Below are positions 41,984-51,599 of a stretch of 64,000 bases of DNA, one piece after another. Each line of letters begins with the position of its first letter. Position 1 is the stretch's first letter. The DNA lies in the NCBI GenBank assembly GCA_019057795.1, contig JAHLWS010000071.1, positions 65,648-129,647 on the forward strand, written 5' to 3'. The translations under genes and the position numbers were made by a program. Under the pieces are notes generated by a model, which worked only from the letters and a program-made list of their open reading frames with translations, ran no database searches and had not been told where the DNA came from. The stretch is from Promethearchaeota archaeon (GTDB lineage Archaea > Asgardarchaeota > Lokiarchaeia > Sigyniarchaeales > SOKP01).

Positions 41984-43607
41984 AGTAATCGCCTTCTAAA
42001 TAATCGATAATATCTTCTTTTTTCATTCGTTTAGCTGGAAACCCAGTATAGATGGCATTGCCGTCTAATTTATCATATTTAAGCGTAGTGCAACCCGGTA
42101 AAAATGTCGAATCCTCTCCAACCTCAGAACCGGGCAAGCCTCCCGTTGTGGCATTAAGTATAGATCTATTACCTATTTCTACACCAACAAATATTAGATT
42201 CTCCTCTCCATATACTCCATTAACTAAATGATTTGTAATATGGGAAGAAGTACCCAAATAACAATAATCACCAAAGTTTATGTGACTGTGGATAAAAGTC
42301 TCTTCTAGCACCGTACCTTTTCCAATTTTATTGGATTTTATAAAATTCAACTCCCAATTGAGTAACCATGGGAATGGAGAACGTGAAAATGCAAAAATAG
42401 GATATTTCATGAGAAATGACCTAAAATGATAGTAATCAAGAGTAGTTGATGACGTATCTAGATTTCGATCGAAAACACCCTGAGAAGGACCTCGTTTATC
42501 TGCTAACTTATAGAACCATCTTGTAAATAATGCCACGAAAAATAAATGTAATAAATAGCAAAATATAAAGATTAATGGAGTTAAAAGTATTAGGCCGTAG
42601 TTATATGGATTTAAAAGAATTTCGAGTGTAAAGGGTTGAGACAATAGATTCGGCGCTAAAAATCCAAACAAAAACAAGTAAAAAATAAATCCAGGCAATA
42701 AAAAGGAAAATCCTATTATTATTGTGCCGGATATAATATAAAAATGAAACGGAACTGATAAATTTGTTCCTTGTGCTGTTAAAAATTCTTCGGTTTGCGT
42801 GATAGAGGGATCTTTTTCAAAAAATCTTTTTTCAATTACTTCTTTATTAGTAATAACGCTAGTTTCTAACGCTTTTTTAACGGGTCTACCCCGATATATG
42901 GAATTACTATCTAAATGCTGATTTATTTTGGTTATAGAATTTGAATCGAGGATAGTGTTTGGTTCAATAATAGTGCCAGGTAAAATAAGAGAATGGGCCC
43001 CAATAATTACATTGTCCTTTATAACTACTCTTTTAAAAATCAATCTATCTTTTACAATCAAGTTCGACATAATCACGGTTCCTTGGCCAATTCTAACGTT
43101 TCTCCCAAGCGTAACAAACTCGCAATCAACCCAACCATCGTGTAAAGCGTTTTTAAAACTAGTTTTTACTCCAAATATTTTATATGCTAACATTTCAAAA
43201 AAAGGAAGAGATAATTGGCGCGCGAGCCAAATAGGCCATTTCTTTATTACGGCTCTTAAACTCCAATAACAATAATCTTTATCATCTTTTTTAAAATAAA
43301 ATACGCCTTCTTGAGGCGGGTGGATTAAATTAGTAATTAAAAGAAATATTTTTGAGACCAGAATAGAACTGATAATTAAAATGAAAATTCCTACAAAGAA
43401 GATTAACGGAAAGAAAACATAAAATATTACCCCTGCCAGATAAAAATTTTTCCAATAAAACCAAAACCAAAAAATAAGTGGTTGAGAGCTCAGAACTATT
43501 ATTAATAAGTAAATGACTATGTAATACTTTTTAGCCAGCGTATTTGTCGTTCTCGGGCCTTCTCTTAAAGAAGCTGGTATAGAAATTTTTAATCCACTCT
43601 GCTTTAT
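41973..43607 (-). CDS. Membrane protein with two TM-pair + hexapeptide units (Pls/PosA C-terminal-like)
   Basis: Frame open 138 codons upstream of ATG 43193, including 2 TMs and HPPQEGVF..DYCYWSLR that match the sister units; start codon uncertain. Confidence 0.8.
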   Translation of the reverse strand: MKQSGLKISIPASLREGPRTTNTLAKKYYIVIYLLIIVLSSQPLIFWFWFYWKNFYLAGVIFYVFFPLIFFVGIFILIISSILVSKIFLLITNLIHPPQEGVFYFKKDDKDYCYWSLRAVIKKWPIWLARQLSLPFFEMLAYKIFGVKTSFKNALHDGWVDCEFVTLGRNVRIGQGTVIMSNLIVKDRLIFKRVVIKDNVIIGAHSLILPGTIIEPNTILDSNSITKINQHLDSNSIYRGRPVKKALETSVITNKEVIEKRFFEKDPSITQTEEFLTAQGTNLSVPFHFYIISGTIIIGFSFLLPGFIFYLFLFGFLAPNLLSQPFTLEILLNPYNYGLILLTPLIFIFCYLLHLFFVALFTRWFYKLADKRGPSQGVFDRNLDTSSTTLDYYHFRSFLMKYPIFAFSRSPFPWLLNWELNFIKSNKIGKGTVLEETFIHSHINFGDYCYLGTSSHITNHLVNGVYGEENLIFVGVEIGNRSILNATTGGLPGSEVGEDSTFLPGCTTLKYDKLDGNAIYTGFPAKRMKKEDIIDYLEGDYSGE

Positions 43608-43785
43608 CTATAACTCTAGTGATATTAAATATATTATAATATAGTAAGAAATTATCTCTTAAAACCATAATATATAATATATTAATTTAAAGTTTATCTC
43701 CAAATTTCCTAAAGTTTTAGATACATTAAAAACTAAATTCAATATTATTATTTCAATTTTAATAAAGGATGAAGGATGAAATAGA

Positions 43786-45315
43786 TTGAGTGAAGAATTT
43801 TGGTGGTGGACGGACCCACAAAAAGCGATTTATAAGGATGTTAGAGAGTTTGTAGAGGATAATTTCGAAGAGGCAGAGGAATATTTCTGGAATACCAAAT
43901 TCCCATGGCCATTAGTAAAGAAAGTTGCTGAAAAAGGGTATTTTGGAGTCGGTGTTCCGAAAGAGTACGGTGGTTTAGAATTGGGCGCTACCGGAAGTTG
44001 TATTGTTGCAGCCCAACTAGGCAGACTTTATGCTGTAGGACATGTATTCACCGTAAGCATGTTAGCTGGGTTGGAACAGCTATTAAGATTTGGTACCGAA
44101 GATCAAAAACGATCTTGGCTTCCCAAAATTGCGAAAGGTGAAGAATTAGGAGCTTTATGCATTACCGAACCTTTTGCGGGATCTGACGCAGCTAATGTTT
44201 TTACTTCCGCTGTAAAGGATGGAAACGAGTGGATATTAAATGGTAAAAAGCGATTTATCACTGGAGCGGGAGTTTCTGACAGATATTTTATTTACGCAAA
44301 AACAAGCAATGACCCAGCTATTCGCAAACAATACGGTCATATAACTTCTTTTATGGTTGAAAAAGGTAGACCAGGATTTTCTTTAGAAAAAATTAACCCC
44401 TTGATTGGATTTGATAATGTCCCAAATGGATACATCGATTTTGATCACGTTAGAATTCCTGATATTAATCGTATTGGTGCAGTTGGGAACGGTTGGAACG
44501 TGATGATGGCAGGTTTGAACTTTGAGCGACTAATTGGTGCTGCAGTTTTTGGAGGTTTGTTTGAAGATATAATTAATTTGTTGTTTCACTTTACTAAAAG
44601 GCGAGTTCAATTTAGAAGAACAACTAATCAATTTCCAGGGATTCAAAACGAAATTGCTGAGATTATTTCGCTTGCAAAAGTATCGAGATTATATTCTTAT
44701 CACTGTGCTAAATTGATCGACAACGGAGGAGAACCAATGGTAGAAGCTTCAATAGCAAAAATGATTAACACAGAAGCTGCGAGAGATATTGGACTTAAAG
44801 CCATTCAAGTATTGGGAGGAGATGGTCTCACCAAGTTTTTACCTGCTGAAAGAATCCTACGCGAAGCTAAAATTGGAGAAATCGTTGCTGGAACAAACGA
44901 GGTCCAAAAAATGATTATCTATAGATTTTGTGCTATGCTTCCTAAATATAATAAACCCATGAGGTTGAAATGGAACGAGAAAATTAATGCCCCGATAATT
45001 TCGAAAAAAGAATCTACATTCAAAGGATTAGATGTAAACGAGGAAAACGTGTTAAAAGTTATATCTCACGATTACAAAATAAATCCCGGATTATATATGA
45101 CTCCAGACGATGTACGAGAAGATATAGGAGGGGGGCGCTCCGAATTGAGAAAGATTTTTGAAACGCTAGAAAAACAGGGATTAATCGTTATTCATCGCGA
45201 CCGTTCGGGAAAAGTAGCGTTAGTTAAATCTACTTACGAAGGATTACAAAAATCTTTTCCAAAAGAGTATTACCAATGGTTTCCAGCGTGGTACGATAAC
45301 GCCGATAAATTTTAA
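43786..45315 (+). CDS. Acyl-CoA dehydrogenase with C-terminal wHTH-like extension
   Basis: CITEPFAGSD, LNGKKRFIT, RVQF, IQVLGGDG, AGTNEVQK. Confidence 0.9.
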   Translation: MSEEFWWWTDPQKAIYKDVREFVEDNFEEAEEYFWNTKFPWPLVKKVAEKGYFGVGVPKEYGGLELGATGSCIVAAQLGRLYAVGHVFTVSMLAGLEQLLRFGTEDQKRSWLPKIAKGEELGALCITEPFAGSDAANVFTSAVKDGNEWILNGKKRFITGAGVSDRYFIYAKTSNDPAIRKQYGHITSFMVEKGRPGFSLEKINPLIGFDNVPNGYIDFDHVRIPDINRIGAVGNGWNVMMAGLNFERLIGAAVFGGLFEDIINLLFHFTKRRVQFRRTTNQFPGIQNEIAEIISLAKVSRLYSYHCAKLIDNGGEPMVEASIAKMINTEAARDIGLKAIQVLGGDGLTKFLPAERILREAKIGEIVAGTNEVQKMIIYRFCAMLPKYNKPMRLKWNEKINAPIISKKESTFKGLDVNEENVLKVISHDYKINPGLYMTPDDVREDIGGGRSELRKIFETLEKQGLIVIHRDRSGKVALVKSTYEGLQKSFPKEYYQWFPAWYDNADKF

Positions 45316-45534
45316 ATATATTCCTTATTTTTCTTTTTTAATTTTAATCGTTAATCTTGAAATCTTTAAAAAAATTAGCGTTTTTAACATGGTCTATAAC
45401 ATAAATTGACCCACCGATATAAAAAAAAAATTATGAAACTTTATGAACTTAATTTTCAAGTTTTTTGAAGTTAATATGACCTTAATGGAATTTTGAATAA
45501 GACCAATTGTTTAGTGAGGATAATAATCAATTTT

Positions 45535-45939
45535 TTATGCTGTGGAAGCCTTTTCCAAATCAGATAACTTTTTTTGTAATGCCTTTAATTCTGTATTTAC
45601 CGCTTTAATTTTTGTCTTTTTCTCGTTATCAGCTTCCTTCAGTTTTAGATTTAATGTTTTGTCTTTTTCTTTAACTAATATGGATGATTCTTTTTTTAAC
45701 CCTTTTAAAGAAACATTTAATTCTTTCTTTTTTGTATTCCATTCAGCAGCTTTAGCTATAGCTTCATCAAACTTCTCCTGCTCGTTTTTTAATTTAGTAT
45801 TATTCTCATTAATTTTAGGATTATACTCTCCCTCAACTTCACTTTTAATAGAAGAGCTTTTCTCTTTAAATTCTTCTTCAATTTTACTTATTTCATCCTG
45901 TTTTAATTTAATTTGTTCTTTAATTTCATTTTCCGACAT
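45535..45939 (-). CDS. Coiled-coil protein
   Basis: E/K-rich heptads. Confidence 0.65.
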   Translation of the reverse strand: MSENEIKEQIKLKQDEISKIEEEFKEKSSSIKSEVEGEYNPKINENNTKLKNEQEKFDEAIAKAAEWNTKKKELNVSLKGLKKESSILVKEKDKTLNLKLKEADNEKKTKIKAVNTELKALQKKLSDLEKASTA

Positions 45940-46202
45940 TAAATTATATCACTTTTTTTTAATATTTTTTTCAATTTGGGCTTTGTAAGCCAAATAATAA
46001 ATTATTGGTTTCGTATTTAACTGTTAGTATTTCTACATTTCAATAAGAAAGAGGTTAAATGTAATTAAACAAACCCTTTTCTGATTTTAAGGAGTATTTT
46101 CTTAAAATTATTAAATAGCTCCATCTACCAAGAAAATACCTTATTAAAAGTATTTAAATGGTCGTGGGTAAGAAAAGACTTCTTTTCTTCTTTTTTTTTA
46201 AT

Positions 46203-46940
46203 TTAATCTTTAATTTCGAAATTCTTAATTAAATTAACTTTGTTTTTGAGGTCTATAGTAATAGCTAATAGGATTGTTTCTTCGGATTCAATAAACTCTG
46301 GATCCAGCATTACGAAGTAAAAAATGTTTCCTTTAGTTTCATAGCCCATTTCCATGTCACCGCATTCTTCCGGAAGAATTTTTAAAATTTCATCGGGAGC
46401 ATGCTGTTTCAATACTTCATATATTGAATTTTCGAGTTTTGATTGCTCTTTGCGAATTTCTTTTATTGTCGAAAAATCAAATTGACCCATGGATGCTCCA
46501 GCTTTAGTATTTAGCTCGTTCCATTCCTTAAACAGTTCGCTTAAACTTGACATAGTAAGACTAAGTCCAGGTTTAAAATAAATCTTTTTATTAGGTACAA
46601 AAATATTTAAAAAAGTAGTTTTACCAGTCCCCGTTTCCCCGTATAACATAAATGCCCTACCATTTTTAACGCTCGACATATAGAAATAGGCGATAATTTG
46701 ATATATTAACGGTATTTTATCAAACCCTGATATATCGCTAAGAATTTGAATTATTTCCAAACATTCTGCTTTCTCATCGTAGTTTACCCGGAACTGAATA
46801 AAAAATTTGTAATATTTATCGTTCGATTCTTTATATTTTTCGTGAATAACCTCGTATTGATCGTATTCTCTGAATAAATTGTCCAGAATTGCTTTTTTTA
46901 CCTTCTCGGATTTTATTCTTAAAAACTCCCGAAGTGTCAT
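46203..46940 (-). CDS. P-loop-containing protein
   Basis: FMLYGETGTGKTT Walker A, no clear Walker B; ATG 46940 after GGTGAGG. Confidence 0.6.
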   Translation of the reverse strand: MTLREFLRIKSEKVKKAILDNLFREYDQYEVIHEKYKESNDKYYKFFIQFRVNYDEKAECLEIIQILSDISGFDKIPLIYQIIAYFYMSSVKNGRAFMLYGETGTGKTTFLNIFVPNKKIYFKPGLSLTMSSLSELFKEWNELNTKAGASMGQFDFSTIKEIRKEQSKLENSIYEVLKQHAPDEILKILPEECGDMEMGYETKGNIFYFVMLDPEFIESEETILLAITIDLKNKVNLIKNFEIKD

Positions 46941-46962
46941 TTGTTTCAAGTACCTCACCAAC

Positions 46963-47094
46963 CTAAAACAACTTAGCTATTTTTTTATCGTATTTTTTAT
47001 AATGGTCTTCTATATTATCCAAAATCTCAATTGTTCGTTCTTCTAAATAATCCCAAATTGCTTTCTCTCGTGCTAACTGTTCTTCCTTATTCAT
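46963..47094 (-). CDS. Unannotated 43-aa protein
   Basis: MNKEEQLAREKAIWDYLEERTIEILDNIEDHYKKYDKKIAKLF*; GAGG SD; overlaps RHH stop. Confidence 0.6.
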   Translation of the reverse strand: MNKEEQLAREKAIWDYLEERTIEILDNIEDHYKKYDKKIAKLF

Positions 47095-47230
47095 TTCGGT
47101 ATTCCTCTTTATAATTCTGGTTTATCCATTTACGCAAAAGTTTAGATCTATCTGTATATTCTTTTTTTGCGATTATGTCCATTTTACTTACATATTCCTC
47201 ATCTAAGGAAAAATTAACAACTTTACTCAT
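47087..47230 (-). CDS. Unannotated CopG-like ribbon-helix-helix protein (47 aa)
   Basis: MSKVVNFSLDEEYVSKMDIIAKKEYTDRSKLLRKWI; GAGGT SD. Confidence 0.8.
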   Translation of the reverse strand: MSKVVNFSLDEEYVSKMDIIAKKEYTDRSKLLRKWINQNYKEEYRNE

Positions 47231-47422
47231 TTATTTATTACCTCTTTTTTTATATACTTTTATTTAAATAATAGTATGTAGTATATATTTATAAATCCCA
47301 TTGTGAATTTGGCGTTTTGGTCAAGGAATCTTACTGTTGTTTGCTGTCCTAAAATGAGGTCGTATTAATAGGAAACTATAATTAACAAAAAACTTAAATT
47401 AACAAATGATGTTACTATAATT

Positions 47423-47938
47423 ATGAAAGAAAAGAACTATTCTAAACAAATTTTAGATGTTTTATCGGTAAATCTCGCCGGAACTACTTCTAAAGTTATC
47501 GCTTCTTATATTGGAAAAGATGAACCTTTTACACGAGTGTATTTAAATCGATTAAAAAGAAGAAATAAGGTTGAAATTCAGGGGAAAAGGGGAAAATTTA
47601 ACATTTACCATATATCTGCTAGGACGGGTTATGAACATAGGATTGAACATTTAGAAAGGGAAAATAAACGCTTAAAAAAACTAAATGAGCAATGGGAAGA
47701 CTGGCTTAGTGATGCCGTGAGAAAAAATCATATCCTTAAACAAGAAAATGAAGACTTAAAAGCAAGTTTGTTAATGAAAGAACAACACGGAGATAATTGG
47801 AAAGATAAATTTAATTTATGGAAAAAACAGCAGGAAGAGAGGGAAAATAATATGACTGAATTAATTATAAAATTAACCGAATTAAATCAACAAAAAAGGC
47901 AATTACAAAAATTAGAAGTATTGAAGAAAAACAAATAA
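47423..47938 (+). CDS. wHTH plus coiled-coil protein
   Basis: TSKVIASYIGKDEPFTRVYLNRLKRRNKVE..Y; heptad tail. Confidence 0.65.
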   Translation: MKEKNYSKQILDVLSVNLAGTTSKVIASYIGKDEPFTRVYLNRLKRRNKVEIQGKRGKFNIYHISARTGYEHRIEHLERENKRLKKLNEQWEDWLSDAVRKNHILKQENEDLKASLLMKEQHGDNWKDKFNLWKKQQEERENNMTELIIKLTELNQQKRQLQKLEVLKKNK

Positions 47939-48250
47939 ACTTTAAATTATTTTCACTCAAATAAAAAAATATTGTTCTTAAAAACATTGAATGATTTGAA
48001 TTATCCTCGAGTTATTAATAAGATGAGAAGCACAAATTACTTACCAAACCAATGGAATTAGTCTTTTTTTTACTTTCTTGGTGTATTCCGAAAAAAACAT
48101 CACCAAAAATTATAATTAATAATAATATCAACACGGAAAACTTTTTGGCCTCTTCTGTCATACATAAAGAGATAATTAAAATAATTTTAAATGTTTGGCA
48201 TTGTTGATTTAAAATAATTACACAAAAATATAATCAGGTTATTTTCAAAA

Positions 48251-49192
48251 ATGAAAAAAAATAAATCTATTTTTAGAGGGAGTAATATTGCTCACACTTA
48301 TTCTATCGTGGCAAAAGATCCTAAAACGGGGGAGATGGGAGTTGGCGTTCAAAGCCATTATTTCTCGGTTGGGAATATCGTTTCTTGGGGCGAATCTGGA
48401 GTTGGAGTCGTAGCTACTCAATCGCTTGTGAATGCTTCGTTTGGTTTACGAGGTTTAGGACTTTTAAAGCAAGGAATGTCACCAAAAGAAGCTTTAGATT
48501 CTTTAATCTCTGAAGATGAAGGCAGAGATGTAAGACAAGTTGCAATTTTAGACGCCCAAGGAAGAGTTGCCGCTCACACGGGATCGAAATGCATCAAACA
48601 CGCTGGACATATAGAAGGTAACAACTTTTCAGTACAAGCTAACATGATGCTTACCGATAAAGTCTGGTCAACAATGGCTAAAAGTTTTGAATCGAATGTT
48701 AATTTACCCTTAGCTGAAAGAATCGTAAAAGCAATGGAAGCGGCAGAAACTGTAGGAGGTGATATCAGAGGAAAACAATCTGCAGCGATTTTAATTGTAG
48801 GCGGTAAAGAAGCCAAAAATAAGTGGGAAGATAAAATCATCGATTTAAGAGTCGAAGATAACGAGCAACCCGTAAAAGAACTCTCAAGATTGTTAAAGCT
48901 CCATAGGGCTTACAAACACATGGATGAAGGTGATTTAGCTATAGAACACAACGACATGGAGAAAGCACTCAAGGAATATGATTCGGCACTAAATTTGTTT
49001 CCTGAAAACCTTGAAATGAAATTTTGGACGGCCGTATCCTTAGCAAATAATCAAAAATTAAAAGAAGCGTCGGAGCTATTTAAAACTATTTTTATAAAAG
49101 ATAACAATTGGCGTTTGCTAACAGAAAGGTTGCCCGAAAGCGGACTATTGAATCTTACTAAAAAAGAGTTAGAAGACATCTTATCTTTATAA
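48251..49192 (+). CDS. DUF1028 family Ntn-hydrolase-like protein with TPR
   Basis: HTYSIVAKD..GVGVQS, GVVATQS, AHTG, GGDIRGKQSAA, DLRVED. Confidence 0.88.
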   Translation: MKKNKSIFRGSNIAHTYSIVAKDPKTGEMGVGVQSHYFSVGNIVSWGESGVGVVATQSLVNASFGLRGLGLLKQGMSPKEALDSLISEDEGRDVRQVAILDAQGRVAAHTGSKCIKHAGHIEGNNFSVQANMMLTDKVWSTMAKSFESNVNLPLAERIVKAMEAAETVGGDIRGKQSAAILIVGGKEAKNKWEDKIIDLRVEDNEQPVKELSRLLKLHRAYKHMDEGDLAIEHNDMEKALKEYDSALNLFPENLEMKFWTAVSLANNQKLKEASELFKTIFIKDNNWRLLTERLPESGLLNLTKKELEDILSL

Positions 49193-49210
49193 TTAAGGGA
49201 TAAACTGCTT

Positions 49211-49753
49211 CTAAATTTGGAATTGATTGTAATAATCGTTTTTATCTATTAAAAAAAACATTGATTTTTTTTTAAGATTGGCATCTTTACGTAAAATAAT
49301 GCCCATATATTTCATTCCCGACCTTTCTGCAACTTTCCAGCCTCGTGTGTTTCCTTGATCTATATACGCTACTATTTTATCTAGTTTAAGCTCTGAAAAA
49401 GCGTATTCGAAAATCTTTCTAAGAGATTCTATCGCGTAGCCATTTCCCCAATACTCAGGCCGCAAAAAATAATAACATTCCATCGGCATATTGTCTTCTA
49501 AGGTAATTAAACCACAAAAACCTAAAAAATCTCCAGTACTTTTAAGTATTAATGCATAGGAAATTACTATTTCTTGACATTGATAAGAATCAATAATAAT
49601 TTTAAATAATCGGTTGAAGCTAGTTGATGTCATACCTTCCATAAAACTTACTACATTATCAAAGTCTTCTTGAGTAAATTGTCTGATCATTAATCTTTTA
49701 GTTTTCAAGGTGCTCGGAGTTATTATCATAATATTATTATAACTGTTTTTCAT
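49211..49753 (-). CDS. GNAT (RimJ/RimL) acetyltransferase
   Basis: LKTKRLMIR, YWGNGYAIE, N..KVAERSGM. Confidence 0.85.
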   Translation of the reverse strand: MKNSYNNIMIITPSTLKTKRLMIRQFTQEDFDNVVSFMEGMTSTSFNRLFKIIIDSYQCQEIVISYALILKSTGDFLGFCGLITLEDNMPMECYYFLRPEYWGNGYAIESLRKIFEYAFSELKLDKIVAYIDQGNTRGWKVAERSGMKYMGIILRKDANLKKKSMFFLIDKNDYYNQFQI

Positions 49754-49982
49754 TAGATTCTATCTCTTCAGGACCAAAAATATCCAAGAGTTTTCCAGCA
49801 AATTTTTTTAATAAACTTGCTTTCGCTATGGCAATTCCTTTTTTAGAATGACCGAATACAAGAACTTGATCCCCCGGGTTTATGTTGAAATGTTTTCGGG
49901 CTTCAATAGGAATTACGATTTGACCTCTTTCGCCTACCTTTACAGAACCATAAAAATACTTTCCTTTAGCAACTTCCGTCAT
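49737..49982 (-). CDS. AbrB/MazE/SpoVT family DNA-binding protein
   Basis: GSVKVGERGQIVIPIEARKHFNINPGD. Confidence 0.9.
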   Translation of the reverse strand: MTEVAKGKYFYGSVKVGERGQIVIPIEARKHFNINPGDQVLVFGHSKKGIAIAKASLLKKFAGKLLDIFGPEEIESNEKQL

Positions 49983-50049
49983 GATATCTTAAAATCTAGT
50001 TAAATTGTAACTTATAATTATTTAATATTGTTCATAAGATTTAAATATT

Positions 50050-50090
50050 TATGAATAATATGATAAGTATGAAAGATATGATATTAATGA
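50050..50090. promoter_or_regulatory. (T/A)ATGA x5 with exact 9-bp period (candidate AbrB operator)
   Basis: Copies at 50050, 50059, 50068, 50077, 50086; inverted TCATA at 50032. Confidence 0.6.
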
Positions 50091-50112
50091 TTATAATATT
50101 AGTGATTTCATT

Positions 50113-50877
50113 ATGAGTGAGGAAAAGCCAAAATATGGATGGTATGTTAAAAATTTAATTTTAGCTTTTAATACAGTAGGATTGTTCGGTATAATTGTTT
50201 TCATTATAGGATTAATCATTCTAGGAATGCTCGGAGTAATCCTAAGTATCATAGGTATAGCCTTAATGGTATTTTTTTTATGGCCGGGAATAGGATTGGC
50301 AGTAATGAATGTTATTTTAGATAAAGCGGATTCTGAAGTTCAAGGCATGGATATAATAAGTAAAATCCAATCTCCGAGAGTATTAGACATTGGATGCGGA
50401 ACGGGGAGAACAGCAATAAAAATAGCTAAATCTCTACCAAAAGGAGGTCATCTTAACGGTATAGATATATATAATGTTAATGCAATATCGGGTAATTCTC
50501 TTGAAACGGTTAATCGAAATGCAGAATTAGAAGGAGTAAGTGATAAGACTACGTTTCAATACGGTTCTGCAACGGAAATACCTTTTGAAGATAATAAATT
50601 TAACATCGTAAACTTATCTTCGGTACTTCACGAGGTACACGATTATGAGGATAAAGAAAGGGCAATGAAAGAGATTCACCGGGTGTTAAAACCAAAAGGC
50701 TTTTTGATTATAGGTGAATGGAATCGATATTCTTGGCAATTAATCTTATATTCTGGGATATTCTGCCTGGTGTTTCAAAAACGTAAGTATTGGGACGATT
50801 TAATTAGAAAACATGGGTTCAAGATACTCAATTACGAAAATTTTGGGGGATATGTACAGTTCACTGCTCAAAAATGA
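50113..50877 (+). CDS. Class I SAM-dependent methyltransferase with N-terminal TMs
   Basis: VLDIGCGTG, IPFEDNKF, LHE, RVLKPKG. Confidence 0.9.
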   Translation: MSEEKPKYGWYVKNLILAFNTVGLFGIIVFIIGLIILGMLGVILSIIGIALMVFFLWPGIGLAVMNVILDKADSEVQGMDIISKIQSPRVLDIGCGTGRTAIKIAKSLPKGGHLNGIDIYNVNAISGNSLETVNRNAELEGVSDKTTFQYGSATEIPFEDNKFNIVNLSSVLHEVHDYEDKERAMKEIHRVLKPKGFLIIGEWNRYSWQLILYSGIFCLVFQKRKYWDDLIRKHGFKILNYENFGGYVQFTAQK

Positions 50878-50892
50878 AGCATTAATATCTCA

Positions 50893-51279
50893 TTAATCAA
50901 TTAAAATCTTTAATCCTTGCACTAGTTGTCTTGGAGTAATCCCATATAAAAAAGCTGAATGGAGCGTTTTAATGTCGTTTTCAATATTAGCAATGTCTTT
51001 ATTTAGAGTTTTGTAATCTTCTGCAATCTCTTTTAACTTCGAATAAGAAGTTTCCTTGGAATTACTTAACAATCCAAAATATCCACCGAACGCAGTAATC
51101 ATATTATTAATTAATTCCATTTCTTTATCAGAAAACGATTTTAAGCAATCTTCACAAACTATTCCAAACGACATTCCAATCTTTTTAATCTTAAAGTAAG
51201 AATTGGTGTTACTTCGGCAAAGAAAGCATTTAACGGAGCTAAGTTTTTTCTTCTCTCTTACCAGTTCAGATGTTATCAT
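50893..51279 (-). CDS. Hypothetical zinc-finger protein
   Basis: CFLC...CEDC. Confidence 0.6.
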   Translation of the reverse strand: MITSELVREKKKLSSVKCFLCRSNTNSYFKIKKIGMSFGIVCEDCLKSFSDKEMELINNMITAFGGYFGLLSNSKETSYSKLKEIAEDYKTLNKDIANIENDIKTLHSAFLYGITPRQLVQGLKILID

Positions 51280-51599
51280 GAAATTGAGATAAATCTTGCA
51301 TATTTAAACAAAAATTTTAGAGTATGCAAAATTTAGAAATGGAAAATTTTTTTTTAATTAGTTATTGTAATTTAGTAATAATAATAGATTTAAGCAAAAC
51401 GAGAGCAATTTTTTCTACTTCGCTTTTTTGAGCTTTCAAGCCATCCCTTTTTAGTTTTCCAGTAAATTAAATGAAATTTAATTACCTAGAATGGAAAATA
51501 AGTATAAATAAAATCTTTTCTTAAATTTTAAACATCTATAAAAAAATTCTTAATCCAAAAGAAAGTATAATAAAAACAAGACTTATATGAGGTATAATT

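Larger units (their letters stand above)
46203..47938. mobile_element. Probable plasmid/virus-derived remnant (RHH, small ORF, P-loop ORF; divergent wHTH-coiled-coil)
   Basis: Gene content typical of mobile elements; no integrase or att sites seen. Confidence 0.4.

Noticed and set aside
45542-45988. Antisense ORFs over E/K-rich or other genes (also 2256, 7389, 24049, 33421, 42928, 62594 etc.)
   Set aside because: Shadow frames of well-supported genes on the opposite strand.
46159-46170. TGGTCGTGGGT resembling a tRNA T-arm/att remnant
   Set aside because: Too short, lacks TTCGA, and no second copy or tRNA in the window.
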